A model generated the notes under the pieces. It did not search any database and was not told where the DNA came from. It saw only the letters and a list, made by a program, of their open reading frames with translations. From contig JAPEUI010000075.1 of NCBI GenBank assembly GCA_026025075.1, positions 62,001-87,434 on the forward strand: a DNA stretch of 25,434 nucleotides, read 5' to 3'. The translations under genes were made by a program, and so were the position numbers. The stretch comes from Vezdaea acicularis. Its lineage: Eukaryota. Shown here piece after piece: positions 12,501 to 23,600 of the stretch (positions are counted from its first letter, which is position 1; each line of letters opens with the position of its first letter).

Positions 12501-12966
12501 ATATTCTTTCGCCTCTCGCCTATGCCATGTTGCGACATCGTCTTGGGCAGAAAACATTCTTTTGGTCACTCGTCGAGACAATCAAGTGGACACCCATGTT
12601 CCTACTATTCTTTGGCGGTATTTCCTATCATTTACTCAAGTCTATCCTTTGCCACTTCTTCAGCATCAAGATGGAATGGACAACCACTGCGAAAGAATTG
12701 GAAGAGTCCGGCTTTCGAGTTGGCTTGGATCGGATCGTGCGAGACTTCAAATATATGTATCTTTTCATTCTCCCGATCGCAGGTGGGATGATCTACATGG
12801 CACTATATGCGCCAAGGGGTTGGATGATCAAGGATTTTGCAGCCATCGTGCCAATTGCCAACCAGGTTGGCTGTCATGCCCTTCTGCCAGTAAGTTTTCC
12901 CGACTCCCTTCGATGAAATTAAAGTTTACTAATATCAATGTCCAGTTTATGTTGGGGCTATTCTAG
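9588..12966 (+). CDS. Multi-pass processive glycosyltransferase family 2 (cellulose-synthase-like fold, Glyco_trans_2_3-type); 11 exons, ~919 aa
   Basis: Exons: 9588-9746, 9812-10267, 10324-10641, 10696-10743, 10823-10858, 10953-11037, 11097-11184, 11235-11357, 11410-11761, 11816-12889, 12946-12966 (2760 nt, in frame). Two N-terminal TM segments are followed by LPHVTIQMPVYKE, VNDDG (first D), FKKASNMN (equivalent to CesA KAGNLN), IIDSDTRVP (DxD), APFVGHN, HVSEDFD (TED-type catalytic base) and DELARWEKYAYG (QxxRW position). Several C-terminal hydrophobic helices follow. Confidence 0.93.
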
Positions 12967-15266
12967 AAAGATCTGTTCGATTTGTACCGGAAGATATCAA
13001 ACCATTTTTTCCTAGTCGTTTTCGTGGGGTTCACTTCTTTGGTAATTCTTTAATATCATAGACTTAGTTGTCGAGCATTAGTTGCGCATATTTGGACATT
13101 ATCTTTTCTCTAACCACATCATCGATAACCTGATGTTGCCCTCATACTTGCGAGAGTGCTTTGTAACTATACGTAGCAACTCTTTTGATCCATCCTACTA
13201 CACTGCTAGCGTTCGTTTTTGAAAGTGAGTCATTAAGTTTGTCAATGGGAGGTATTTTATGATTGCAGAAGAGTTCTGCAAGAGAATAAGTGGCTCTAGC
13301 TCTCATCTTTTCGCAAAGCAGCAATTGGGCTATGACACGATGGTCACAGGAGTCCGCCCTCATCAACGCCATCTATTACTAGTCATCCTGCGCATTTACC
13401 TTGCTATGATTTCGAAGAGAACTAGCACCACACCCTTTCAAGCGTTTTAGGTCACCCGATGTAGCGCGGACCGCTCCCACATGCCTCATGCCATGAGTCC
13501 AGCTCCTGACCCGAGCAGCTACCACATCATACGCCTATGTCAATTAGTAGCTGCATGACGGAGAGCATTTCATTCGTTTGGATCTTTTGCTTTGATTTTT
13601 CACCTAAAGTTTGCCTGCCCTCCAGATATTGCTGCCATACTGGCTTATATCCGCGCTGAGCAGCGTACCGTTACGAAGGACGCCCTCTAGCCGCTTGTTC
13701 GCTTTGCTTCTGTGGGTTGTATTACTAAGGCTTCGCTTTGATAGAAAGCTGCCTGCTGAAGTGTCTTTGATCTTTCCTATCCGTTCTATCAGGATTCGCC
13801 CCATCTTTGGAGTAGTGCTGGTACGATATCCTTATTCTGTTTGTTGTCGCTCGATGTAGTCGCATCAAGCTGGAGAGCTTGCTGTAAATGACGCGAAGAC
13901 ACTTGTCTAGTAACATTTTTATACCGTTGTTTCGTGCTATGAAGAGGGCCCGGGGGGGGGACCTGTCATGATATGAGGAAGTACAAGACATGCTAAGGTT
14001 TATGTTTATGGGGGTTGGTTGTCTAAGAAACTACCCCACTGCTGTCTAGTTTGACTTTGCCGCTCGATGAAGTGCTTTCATCACCCTCTAGTTAGACTTG
14101 CCCGCAGTCTCCAGATCTGGTGCTGACATCCTCTGGGTACGCACTGTATGGTCTCCAGCCCAACTGAAGGTCATCAAGATGTATGAAGTCTCAGCGTGCA
14201 TTATCAAACTCATTTTTGAAAGACTTTTTCAGCGGGCGGCTGAAAGTTTGCATGCCCCTCAAGGGTTTGAAGTTGCAATGACTGACTAGATTAACCCTGA
14301 GAATTATGCTCCCCCAACGCACTTTCAAGAGAGATTTGAAGCATCAAACATGCTTCTATGAGATGAATTTCATGAAGTGAATTGCTAGTATATTGGACTT
14401 GCTATGTTGCTACCATTGACGTTGGACGCATGCAGCGTTAATTTTCATGAAGGTTGGGTAAACTTTCTCCCACACACATTAGTAACGCTATGTATGTGTT
14501 GGGTGAGGCATGAGGCACCCATTGTAGGTAGTCTGCTTTCTCTCAGATCACCTTGCTCAAGTTACCTACAGAAGGGATTCCCAAGGCTACCGTTAGTTAT
14601 AAACAGAAAGTGGCTCCGCATTGGCTCGACCATCATGTGCCATGATTGTTTCTGTATGTCTGACCTTTCTCATTTCGTGATGGCTAGCGTGCCAGACGCT
14701 GTCCCGTGGCCCACACTACCATGTTACCTTCCACCTTAGTTCAGCCTTGGCGGATGATCTTTACCATGCATAATTGCAATTTCCAGTTCTAATCTGGGCC
14801 TTTACTGTAGAGGATCCCCAGAATACAGACATCTTTGGGGAGTCAATATAATCTAAGATGCTTCAAGGCTATACACGATACCTGTTCTGTGGGGTCCAAG
14901 GGCGCCTAATCGGCTTCAATCTGCGATAGGTCAAAGCTTTAGGCTGATGTGTCTGTTGTTACATTTCCCATATCCAGGGTTGAGCTATTTTGTTACTTAT
15001 GGGTGAGGTATTTATGATGTACATGTCGAATGTACCCTTCCTATGCTGGGAATTCTCATACAGCCAAGCAAGAGCAGGGGCCAGCACTTGAACCGGCATA
15101 GCTATTTGAAATTGCGTTACGTATATACAGAGCGACTTGAGGTTTCCTTTTTCTTGTTATACTTAGCTGTCAGGATTTATAATTCCCATCAAATTCCCGC
15201 CCCGAATACACAAAAGAAACATTGGTTCTCCTTCCACGTTCTCTGGCTTACTTCTAATATTTCCCA

Positions 15267-15917
15267 ATGAGGGCACTTCCGACATATGTGCTCGTCTTTT
15301 CTCTCGCCTCGCTCCTCTTCGGCGGGGCCATAGCAAAAATTGTTCCGGTCTGCACAGGAGAAGCTTCTGACTTTACATCCTCGCCACTCAATGCGGAACT
15401 TTGGAAACACGATTCTCTTCAGTCGGTCTGTACCGGTAGCAGTTTCTCTCGAAGAGTGAATCTTGGCTGCGTATGCCATCCTGTTTGGAAGAATGTCTTC
15501 TGCCCTGATGTTCGCATCAGAAAGCTTAGTCCTGATAAGAGTCAAATTCTTGGCGTAGAAAGATTCTACGAAGCTTGTGTCACTCAATGTACCTGCAAGT
15601 CGCTCAGACAAAGGATGAAGGATCAATTCGAGAAAGTTTATAGCATGGGAAGAAAAAAGGGAGTAAAGTTACTCCCACCAGGCCTACGAAGTTGCATAGG
15701 TGATCCTGCTGTAGCTGGCAATGGAAGAGACCCTAGATTACTTCCTGAGGGGCGCACTTCGACCCGCTATTGTCCGGAAGACCAAAGCGAAAACCCGCAA
15801 GCAGAGCTCCCAATAGAGCTGAATCGTAGAGTGCGTGTCGGACCTATGGACAGTATTGGTACGCAGTTCCGAAACGTCTGGGGCGACACTTCAGAGATTG
15901 TGCCAGATAACCCTTGA
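15267..15917 (+). CDS. Putative small secreted cysteine-rich protein (orphan), 216 aa
   Basis: ATG-started ORF with a clear signal peptide (MRALPTYVLVFSLASLLFGGAIA|K). Eight Cys cluster in the first ~90 mature residues (PVC..QSVC..LGCVC..VFC..EAC..QCTC), followed by a Pro/Arg/Gly-rich tail. No family recognised; hidden introns cannot be excluded. Confidence 0.6.
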   Translation: MRALPTYVLVFSLASLLFGGAIAKIVPVCTGEASDFTSSPLNAELWKHDSLQSVCTGSSFSRRVNLGCVCHPVWKNVFCPDVRIRKLSPDKSQILGVERFYEACVTQCTCKSLRQRMKDQFEKVYSMGRKKGVKLLPPGLRSCIGDPAVAGNGRDPRLLPEGRTSTRYCPEDQSENPQAELPIELNRRVRVGPMDSIGTQFRNVWGDTSEIVPDNP

Positions 15918-17307
15918 TCTGCTTTTAAGCTGCTCTAGTAGGTAATCTAGCATGCTCCAGACCACTAACTTTGAACTCCTTCCGATATCATACAGCCATT
16001 TGTTAAACCAAATTGACTAACGTTTGATTCAGATACGTCGTTCGCAAACGTACGATCAGGCGTCCAAGATGATAGCTTTGATGATAACAAACAGCTCTTG
16101 AATACCAGTTGTCACGTTCATGCCGCTAGCCACCAAAATTCCTGCGCTAATTCCTCGTCGACGAAAAATATTGTCGACTACGCATCGCTTCCTAAAATAA
16201 TCAGCGCTTGTTCCCGCTCTCCGTAGGGCAATGTTCATTGTCGTGATAGGAGCTCTGGTATGTCGAGTATTCCGCAAGATCTCCCCGGCGCGTAGCCATG
16301 GTAAATGTCTCGCCAATAGTTATACGTAAGGGTCAATACCAGCGAATCTATGGTCTCGGCGGCTATGTTTGCTATTCCACCGCTTTTAGTCACAACTCTA
16401 TCAGAGGTTTTCTGCAGTTCTCCCTGAGGTTTTGTGACCGATCTGAATACCCTTGTTATGCTGCATAACGGCGGACTCCTCTGGAATACATCCGCTTGGA
16501 CCTTCTCTAGTAATGCCTCTTTTCACAAACTTAGTACGGCTTCACCAAGTCTCCCCAATATCTAAAATGCAAGGAAGGTGTGGAGCAATCGAGCTTAAAG
16601 CCAACACATATCTTGGTTAGTCGGAAAAAGGCTCTTTAGGAATTTAGATAAACCAGCCCATCTCAAACGCACAGCCGCCTTGTCAATAACAAATGTTCCA
16701 AGGGCTTGGAAGCCAAGCATAAGAAACAACAAATATGAGGCTGATACTTTGACAGAAGACCAACCCCCTACTCGTTAACGTGATGATCTTTAAGCCCCCT
16801 TGTGGCTCTTATAGATTACTTACATGATAAGTTAAAGTCATCAGTTCACATTGGTCTTGCTATTCAAGTAATAAATACGCTATCCCAACTCTCCTGTCTA
16901 TCTGTTCCCTTCCTGGTGTCCGGGATCATAGTACAAGCTTCTTTAGGTCTTGTGCGTATGTTTCAAGTTTTGTTTGGCGAGCATGGGACGTATCTTCATC
17001 AATTGCAAATCTAACTTCATACTTGTCACCGAGGATGCCGTCTCTGTCTTGGGAACTTGGAACGACTGTCAAAGACTGGTCTCTCCGTTCCAATCCAAGA
17101 TGATTATGTGCATGTTTGCGTTGATAAACTAGGGTTCTGTGTTAATGACTCAAGCCCCTAACGCTTGGATTATCTCAAAACGATTCAATATCAAAATAGT
17201 TCAACTGGCTGACACAGGTTACCCCTGGGTACGACCCTAAAACACATACCATCATATCTTTGATCAACGTAGATAGGAGTTCTATACTAGTAGTGGAACT
17301 GCTTAAT

Positions 17308-18980
17308 TCACCGATGATTACAGTAAGCTCTAACAATGTTAATTACAGTACCCCTCGTGGACTTCTTGTCGAAAACCTGAGCATGATCTAATTCCTGGAA
17401 CCAAACAACATCTAATCCTTGACCTTTCCAAATGGCTTCTTTCCATCCACGTGACTTCCTGCTTATGTGATCTAAGCCAGTCAAGTACGCTCCAACAGCA
17501 TCCGTGTCAACGATTAAATCTTTTCCACCTAGTATCACAGTAGCTTGTCTTCCTTGGAGGTCTTCCTTCCATAGGATGTTTTCACTCCAAAAAAATCGCC
17601 GTGAGAGTGTGTGGGCAACGCCCATATCTTTGGAAGCAAAGTAATAAAGTTGATGTTCATTTGCGTGAACGGGTTTGCGGTAGGTCTAAGATCAACCGAG
17701 TCAGCTTAATTTCTTTAGCAGAATATTGAAGACATATACAAAGTTATACGCAACATCCGGAAGATGGAGCAAGAAACAGATCGGGTCGATGAACAGTATT
17801 GGCCCAATACTCATAGCAATTTGAGGAGCATGGATTAGATGTGCAGCAACCACACTTCCGTAACTTTAAGAAACTCTGTGGTCAGCTGATATAGGGCATA
17901 TTATGAGCGGCAAGCTTGAGTGAATACGCACGAATGTGATACGAGCACAAACTTCGTCCAACCATGCGTCTGTAGAATGGTCCAGATTTCCTGGCACATC
18001 TCTTGTTTTCCCAGGGCCACACCTCCAAGTCTGAAACTAACAGGCATAATTTCTATCGCAATAATCCCTAAATCTCCGTTTGGATCAGCGGTCGTGTTCA
18101 GTTCGGATAGAAGGTTGACGTATGGGTAAAGGCCAATGCCGATTCCATGAATAAAAAGAATCGGAAGTCGAGACTTGGAAGTATGCCGGCGATGCCAATA
18201 AGTGATGGTCTTTGCTGAAGAAACCTGAGAGCTTAAAAAACTCAGTGGACGGAAAGGGAAAACAGATAAAGAGTGAAAGTAGTCGTTGCGATAGAGTTCG
18301 AAGGAGTTGTAAAACAGCCACCCAGTCGCTATGGCATCTACGACGGAGACACACTGGACCAATCACGTCAGTACCAATTCTTCATGGAGGGTGCGAAGAG
18401 AGTTCTGAGGCTTTGGAAATCTTACTAGATACCACGTCAAGCTCCGATGTAACACGTCAACTTTGTCAAGTGATAGCCTTATGCACTTAGCAGACCCTCG
18501 CCCAGGTTCCAACTCCCGGCCTAGCAAATCTTCCATTGACTGGACGTATACATCTAACTCCTCATCGTCGGCTGGATCGGGCTCTCCAGAATTTAGAAAT
18601 GCCCATCGGAAGAACTCTTTGACATTATCGCGCTTAATTTCGGACCTAGAGGCATCCATGAACCATTTTGATAAATATCTCTCAGGGTCTCCAAGCAAAT
18701 TATTATGGCAGCGTTGAAATAGCTCGTTTCGACTCTCGCGAGACACAAGTGGTGGATGAATCGCTACATTTTGGAGATGGTGCTTGTATGGGATGTAAAC
18801 AAGCAGGTAAAAGATTGCTTCAGCGAAAGTCCATAGTTGGAGTACCTTCGGTGCAGGGAAAACCTCGAATGGGGTTAGAAGACTAACGAGGCAGTAAAGG
18901 ACGCTGACGGGGGCTATCCAGTGCAGAAAGAAGATACAGGTTCGAATGAATATGTAACTCCAGGTCGACGTTCCGATCAT
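17308..18980 (-). CDS. Alpha/beta-hydrolase fold protein with N-terminal membrane segment; 4 exons, ~492 aa
   Basis: Exons: 18980-18426, 18353-17932, 17863-17740, 17685-17308 (1479 nt, in frame). Motifs: PILFIHGIGIG (oxyanion loop), VSHSYGS spanning an intron (nucleophile elbow), LFIDPICF, LGGKDLIV (Asp), ELDHAQ (His). The N-terminus is hydrophobic. Confidence 0.88.
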
Positions 18981-19540
18981 GCTGAGAACGCTGCAATAGA
19001 CGGTGTGGATGCAATTTCCAGATACTCACCTGGCATCTTTTCTCTCGCACGAAATCTAGAACGCAAGCAAAGTTATTTTGCTACAGCGGCAAGCAAGTTT
19101 CCCAACAGATTTTTAGCAGGCTACTCTTGACCTAGGCAGCCATTTTGATCTGTCATGTGAAAGTAGCATAATCTCAAGCCAATCTAGTGAGCTTTGCTCA
19201 GAAGAGCAGGCAACACGCTGTTTTCGGTGCAATATGGTCGCAACCGTAGCTTACAAACTTTGCCATGTCGCAGGGAATAGGTGTCTTCCTACAGTAGTAT
19301 ATTGGGAAGCTATGTTCCATGCGCCTCTCCGCAATCTTGTCTACAGGAAGTAAACGCAGCCCAAAACTATTGCTGCATTTTCTCGGCCGTAAGTTAAATT
19401 AGCGAAGCTTTCTCGTTCGATAAAGCTGTTACGTGCAACTACGCCCACCTCTCTCTGCACACCGAGCACTAGCTCTGTATTGTTTGACAGTCAACAAGAA
19501 CGATTCTTGCGTTCCTGCGGATAAGCAGATAGAAGGAATC

Positions 19541-22175
19541 ATGGATGCTCTTACCAAGGCGGTTCATACTACACCAATCATTGACCATCATGCGCATAAT
19601 CTTCTGCTACCGAGCCAAGAAGCTAACCACTCGTTCCTGTCTATCACTAGCGAGGCCACAGGAACGGCCCTTGAACATGCCACCTCCACGCTTGCGCATA
19701 CTCGTGCCATCAAACAGCTCTCAGAGATACTCGGCTGCGAGTCCGAGCTGGAAACGGTGCAGAGTCTGGTCCAAAAGAAGAGGAAGGCTCCGAACTACAC
19801 GTGGGCGCGAAAATGCTTTGAAGGTATCGAATGCGCTCTCATTGACGATGGTCTGGACGGAGAAGAGGTATACCCTTATCATTGGCATGACAGCCTCACC
19901 AAGTCAAAATGTAAGAGGATCATCAGGATCGAGACACTGGCAGAAGATATATTGAGGAGACATATTGCAATCAACCGAAGCCCGGAGAAGGAAGCTGATA
20001 TTAGCATCTCTGAGTTTCAACGTCTTGTCGAGGATGAATTCTCTGCAGCGATTCAAAGGGCATCTGAAGACCCAGAAGTTGCTGGTTTCAAATCAGTGAT
20101 ATGCTATCGCACTGGCCTCGCAATTCCGCACCTTAATGATATCAACGCGAGCGAAGCATTGCAATCGCTCCGCGAAGCTGGGTTAGAGAGCTTCACTCGA
20201 CTTAAGAACGAATCTTTAAACCCTTACTTTGTTCATTTGACTGCTAAGTCTATTGAACGCTTCGCCTCCAAATCACAGTATTCGAAGCCCCTGCAATTCC
20301 ATACTGGTCTTGGAGATAACGACTTGAGCCTGAAGCTTGCGTCTCCCTCACACCTTCAAATTTTTGCTGAGACCTATCCCACTGTTCCTATCGTTCTTCT
20401 TCATGCTGGATACCCTTTTACAAAAGAAGCTGGATATCTTGCCAATGTGTATGCTAACGTATATCTGGATGTTGGTGAAATCTTCCCTGCCATCAGCCAT
20501 GACGGACAGGACAAAGTAATACGAGAGGCGTTAGAGCTCTGCCCCACAACAAAATTAATGTGGAGCTCTGACGGCCACCGCTTTCCAGAGACGTTCCTCC
20601 TCGCTGTAATCCAGATTCGAGAAGTAATGGTCAAAGTAAGTGTCAGTTTTGCTTCATTGCTGAATGCCTCTAAACGTTGCTGCCGTCTAGGTTTTGCAAG
20701 ATTACGTATACTCTCAAAAGCTAGAGACTTCGCAAGCAATCACAATTGTTGAGGACATTTTCTTCAACACAGCAAATCGTCTCTATAGGCTTGACCTCGC
20801 CTTTACACCTGTAGCTCTAGGGACGGGGCCAAGAGCAAAAACCCTTGAATCAACTTCTGAGCGGGCAGGAGCGGAAAACCATGCGATATTCATGAGCTTC
20901 CTAGAGAAGAATCAGTTCACCAAATACGTCCGCCTTCAATGGCTGGATTACACAGCATCTTTGCGCGTACGAATCCTACCTGTCAGGCACGCTATCAACA
21001 TGTTCCGAGATCACAAATCTATCGGGATAACGAAGGCTGTGTTTGGGCTTTTGCAGAATGACGCGATATGTCGAGGTTTCAGCCCAATTGGGGAGTATCA
21101 ACTTCATCCATGCTTTGATAGCCTTAGAAAAGGTGCATACGCAACAATGCAGTGTGAATTCCGCGAGGATAATGGAAAGGAGGTGGCAATTTGCCCCAGA
21201 ACAGTCTTAAGGAAGGTTGTTGAAAAAGCAGATGCTCAAGGGCGAACGTTCCTTGTGGGTTTTGAGCTTGAAGTTATATTTATGAAGTGGACCGTCATTG
21301 AGGGCGAGTTCGTGTATGGTCATGCACCAGTTGACCAGGGGCACGCCTGGTCGTCTGCGCGTGCCTTACAGGATCAAAGTATCTTGGACACTTTAGAAGA
21401 GGTATTGGAAGCCTTGGAGAAGTCCGATATCGATGTACTGCAGTTTCACCCCGAGAGCGCTCCGGGCCAGTACGAATTTGTTGTTGGCCCACTGCCGCCG
21501 CTTCAAGCTGTCGATACGCTGTTGGTAGCGAGGGATATAATCTGCACAGTCGCCATGAAAAACTCTCTCAAAGCTACATTCACCCCAAAGCCCAACCCGC
21601 AGCATGCTGGAACTGGGGCTCATATCCACCTCTCAATGTCGCCGGCTCAAAAGTACGAATCCTTTTACGCAGGAGTTTTGAAGCACTTAGAGGCGATCAC
21701 AGCGTTTACATACTCCAACATAACGAGTTTTGAGAGATTAGGAGATAGTGTCTGGTCAGGTGGTACTTGGATTGCGTGGGGTACTCAGAATAGGGAAACG
21801 CCGTTAAGGAAAGTCGAAGGTTCGCATTGGGAAGTCAAATGCGTGGACGGTTTGGCCAACAACTATCTTGCACTCGCCGCAATTATTGGGGCAGGGTTTC
21901 AAGGAATCCTGGACGAAGAAGATCTGCCCATGCAAGATTGCCTGACCGACCCTGCTCTACTATCAAGCGAGGAACGAAAGGCGTTAGGCATCCATCGCAA
22001 ATTCCCCACAAGCATCAAAGAGGCCTTAAAATATTTACGTGAAGATAGTCAGCTCCGAGAGATCATTGGCGACGCAGTTGCTGATACGTATTTGGTCGTT
22101 AAAGAGGCTGAAAATGAGATGCTCGAGGATATGACTCCAGAGAAGAGAAAGAGCTGGTTAATTGAAAGATATTGA
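19541..22175 (+). CDS. fluG: FluG-like bifunctional protein: N-terminal amidohydrolase (nodulin-6-like) + C-terminal glutamine synthetase I-like gamma-glutamyl ligase; 2 exons, ~859 aa
   Basis: Exons: 19541-20635 and 20691-22175 (intron GTAAGT..CTAG). Amidohydrolase motifs: PIIDHHAH, LIDDGL, GFKSVICYRTGL, PLQFHTGLGD, VLLHAGYPF, NVYLDVG, LMWSSDGH. GS motifs: VGFELE, FHPESAPGQYE, AGTGAHIHLS, AWGTQNRETPLR, HWEVKCVDGLAN. The size and two-domain architecture match Aspergillus FluG. Confidence 0.9.
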
Positions 22176-22670
22176 CTGGCTAGATTGTCTTTCACTTAGC
22201 ATCCTCTGAAATTGGGCCAACCCGGCTCTTTACAACCTGTGTGCGCCGTTCGCTATTAGGAATGACTCTAACTGCACCCCTCAACTGGAATGCTTAATCT
22301 GCGCTGGCATTACCTTTACTCTGAGCCTTACTAGAATCCAAGCCCCGCTCTAGTCCAAGCTAACCTTGACTTAATTCCCGTACATTGCCTGGGTGGAAGT
22401 GGGTGGAAGTTAGGTATGACCAGCGTAGCTCATTGGTAACCCTTAGCTGATGCAAGGACTTATAAGGCCAGACTTAATTGAATGGCCGTCAAGGCCTCAT
22501 GCAAGGATTCAGTTGAGTCTGGTTAGACCAATTGACCTATAACCTTGAATTACGTCAATGCTTTGAAAAGTACCCCTATTTGGGTATTGCGAGACTATAT
22601 ATGCACTCTGGTGATGACAAATGGGTAGTTTAGCACAGAAACTCCTCAGGTTCTTTGGTGTTAAAGAAAT

Positions 22671-23071
22671 CAACAAATGACTCCGGTGCCACGATTTCGC
22701 GAGATAATGACTGAGATGCCCCAAAAAATCAAGGTTAATGACTGAGCTGCCTCTTTTGCCCATTCTGCTGGATAAATTGAAGTGTAGCATCTACAAATAT
22801 CGCAGTGCATACGTACATCATAGAAGAAACTCTGCTCCCATTTGATTCCGCACAGGCGCTACGTCAGGCAGTAGATAGGGGTTCATTAGTCTATCTAGAG
22901 GTTATACATGTATCACGCAATCAAGCTCATCATATACCCACAAACCTGCCTTATGATCAGCCTCATCGATGCAAGGCGGTGTGGGCAATTTTGGTGGGGA
23001 ATATGGGCGGTGAAAACTTGGGGCATTTCAGTCATTATCTCGCAATTTTATGGCACCCGAGTCATTTGTTG
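22671..23071. mobile_element. Non-autonomous DNA transposon (MITE), probably Mutator/MULE superfamily; 401 bp
   Basis: Terminal inverted repeats at 22671-22724 (CAACAAATGACTCCGGTGCCACGATTTCGCGAGATAATGACTGAGATGCCCCAA) and 23018-23071 match at 47/54 positions by my manual alignment. A perfect 9-bp direct repeat TAAAGAAAT immediately flanks both ends (22662-22670 and 23072-23080), i.e. a target-site duplication. There is no transposase ORF inside. Confidence 0.85.
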
Positions 23072-23600
23072 TAAAGAAATAGATCGCTAGTGTGGGCCTA
23101 AGTTGCTTACGGGAGCACTTCCCGTGTACTATATAATGACGTCTTAGAAGGGGAGCTATACAAGACTCGTACTTAGGTTATTTCTGACTGTGGGCGTTCA
23201 AAGTTGTAGCCATCTGAAAAGGGGATTCCATATTACAATGTTGTTTATGGTGAAGCGAGCATGCCGTCATTTTCCAGCACTCACATCGTTCCAAATCCTC
23301 CCCCTCGTTAACAGACCCCTTCCGCAGACGTTGGACAAATATCTCTTATTCTGAACGTGGAAACAAGATATCAATTGACAGTATAGAGCAGATGCTTAGA
23401 AGTGGAAATCGCGATAGGTTTGCTCTTCAACATGGCTCGCCACCAAGACCGGCAGAATTTTCAGTAAGGAACCATGGCGTCATGACTACGACAGGTGCGC
23501 ATGTACTACCGCTTTATGACCTCGCTGCCTGTAGCTTGTTCTAGCCAGATTATGCTGGCTTTCTCTTACAATTCTGCAAATTTCTTGAAGCGTCAATTCT

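Noticed and set aside
12967..15266. 2.3-kb region with several short ORFs and a G9 run
   Set aside because: No coherent gene, repeat or transposon signature could be supported.
16056..16540. Overlapping minus-strand open frames (~85-95 codons), possible pseudogene
   Set aside because: No recognisable protein motif or consistent splice model.
19433..19540. GTG-started N-terminal extension of the fluG ORF in the ORF track
   Set aside because: This is a eukaryotic gene; ATG 19541 (aatcATGG context) gives the expected FluG start just before PIIDHHAH.
22391..22410. GGGTGGAAGT x2 direct repeat
   Set aside because: A simple two-copy microduplication with no further structure.
22509..23074. Two opposite-strand ORFs sharing the peptide LGHxSHYLAxxWHxSHLL
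   Set aside because: This is a translation artefact of the MITE's inverted repeats, not duplicated genes.
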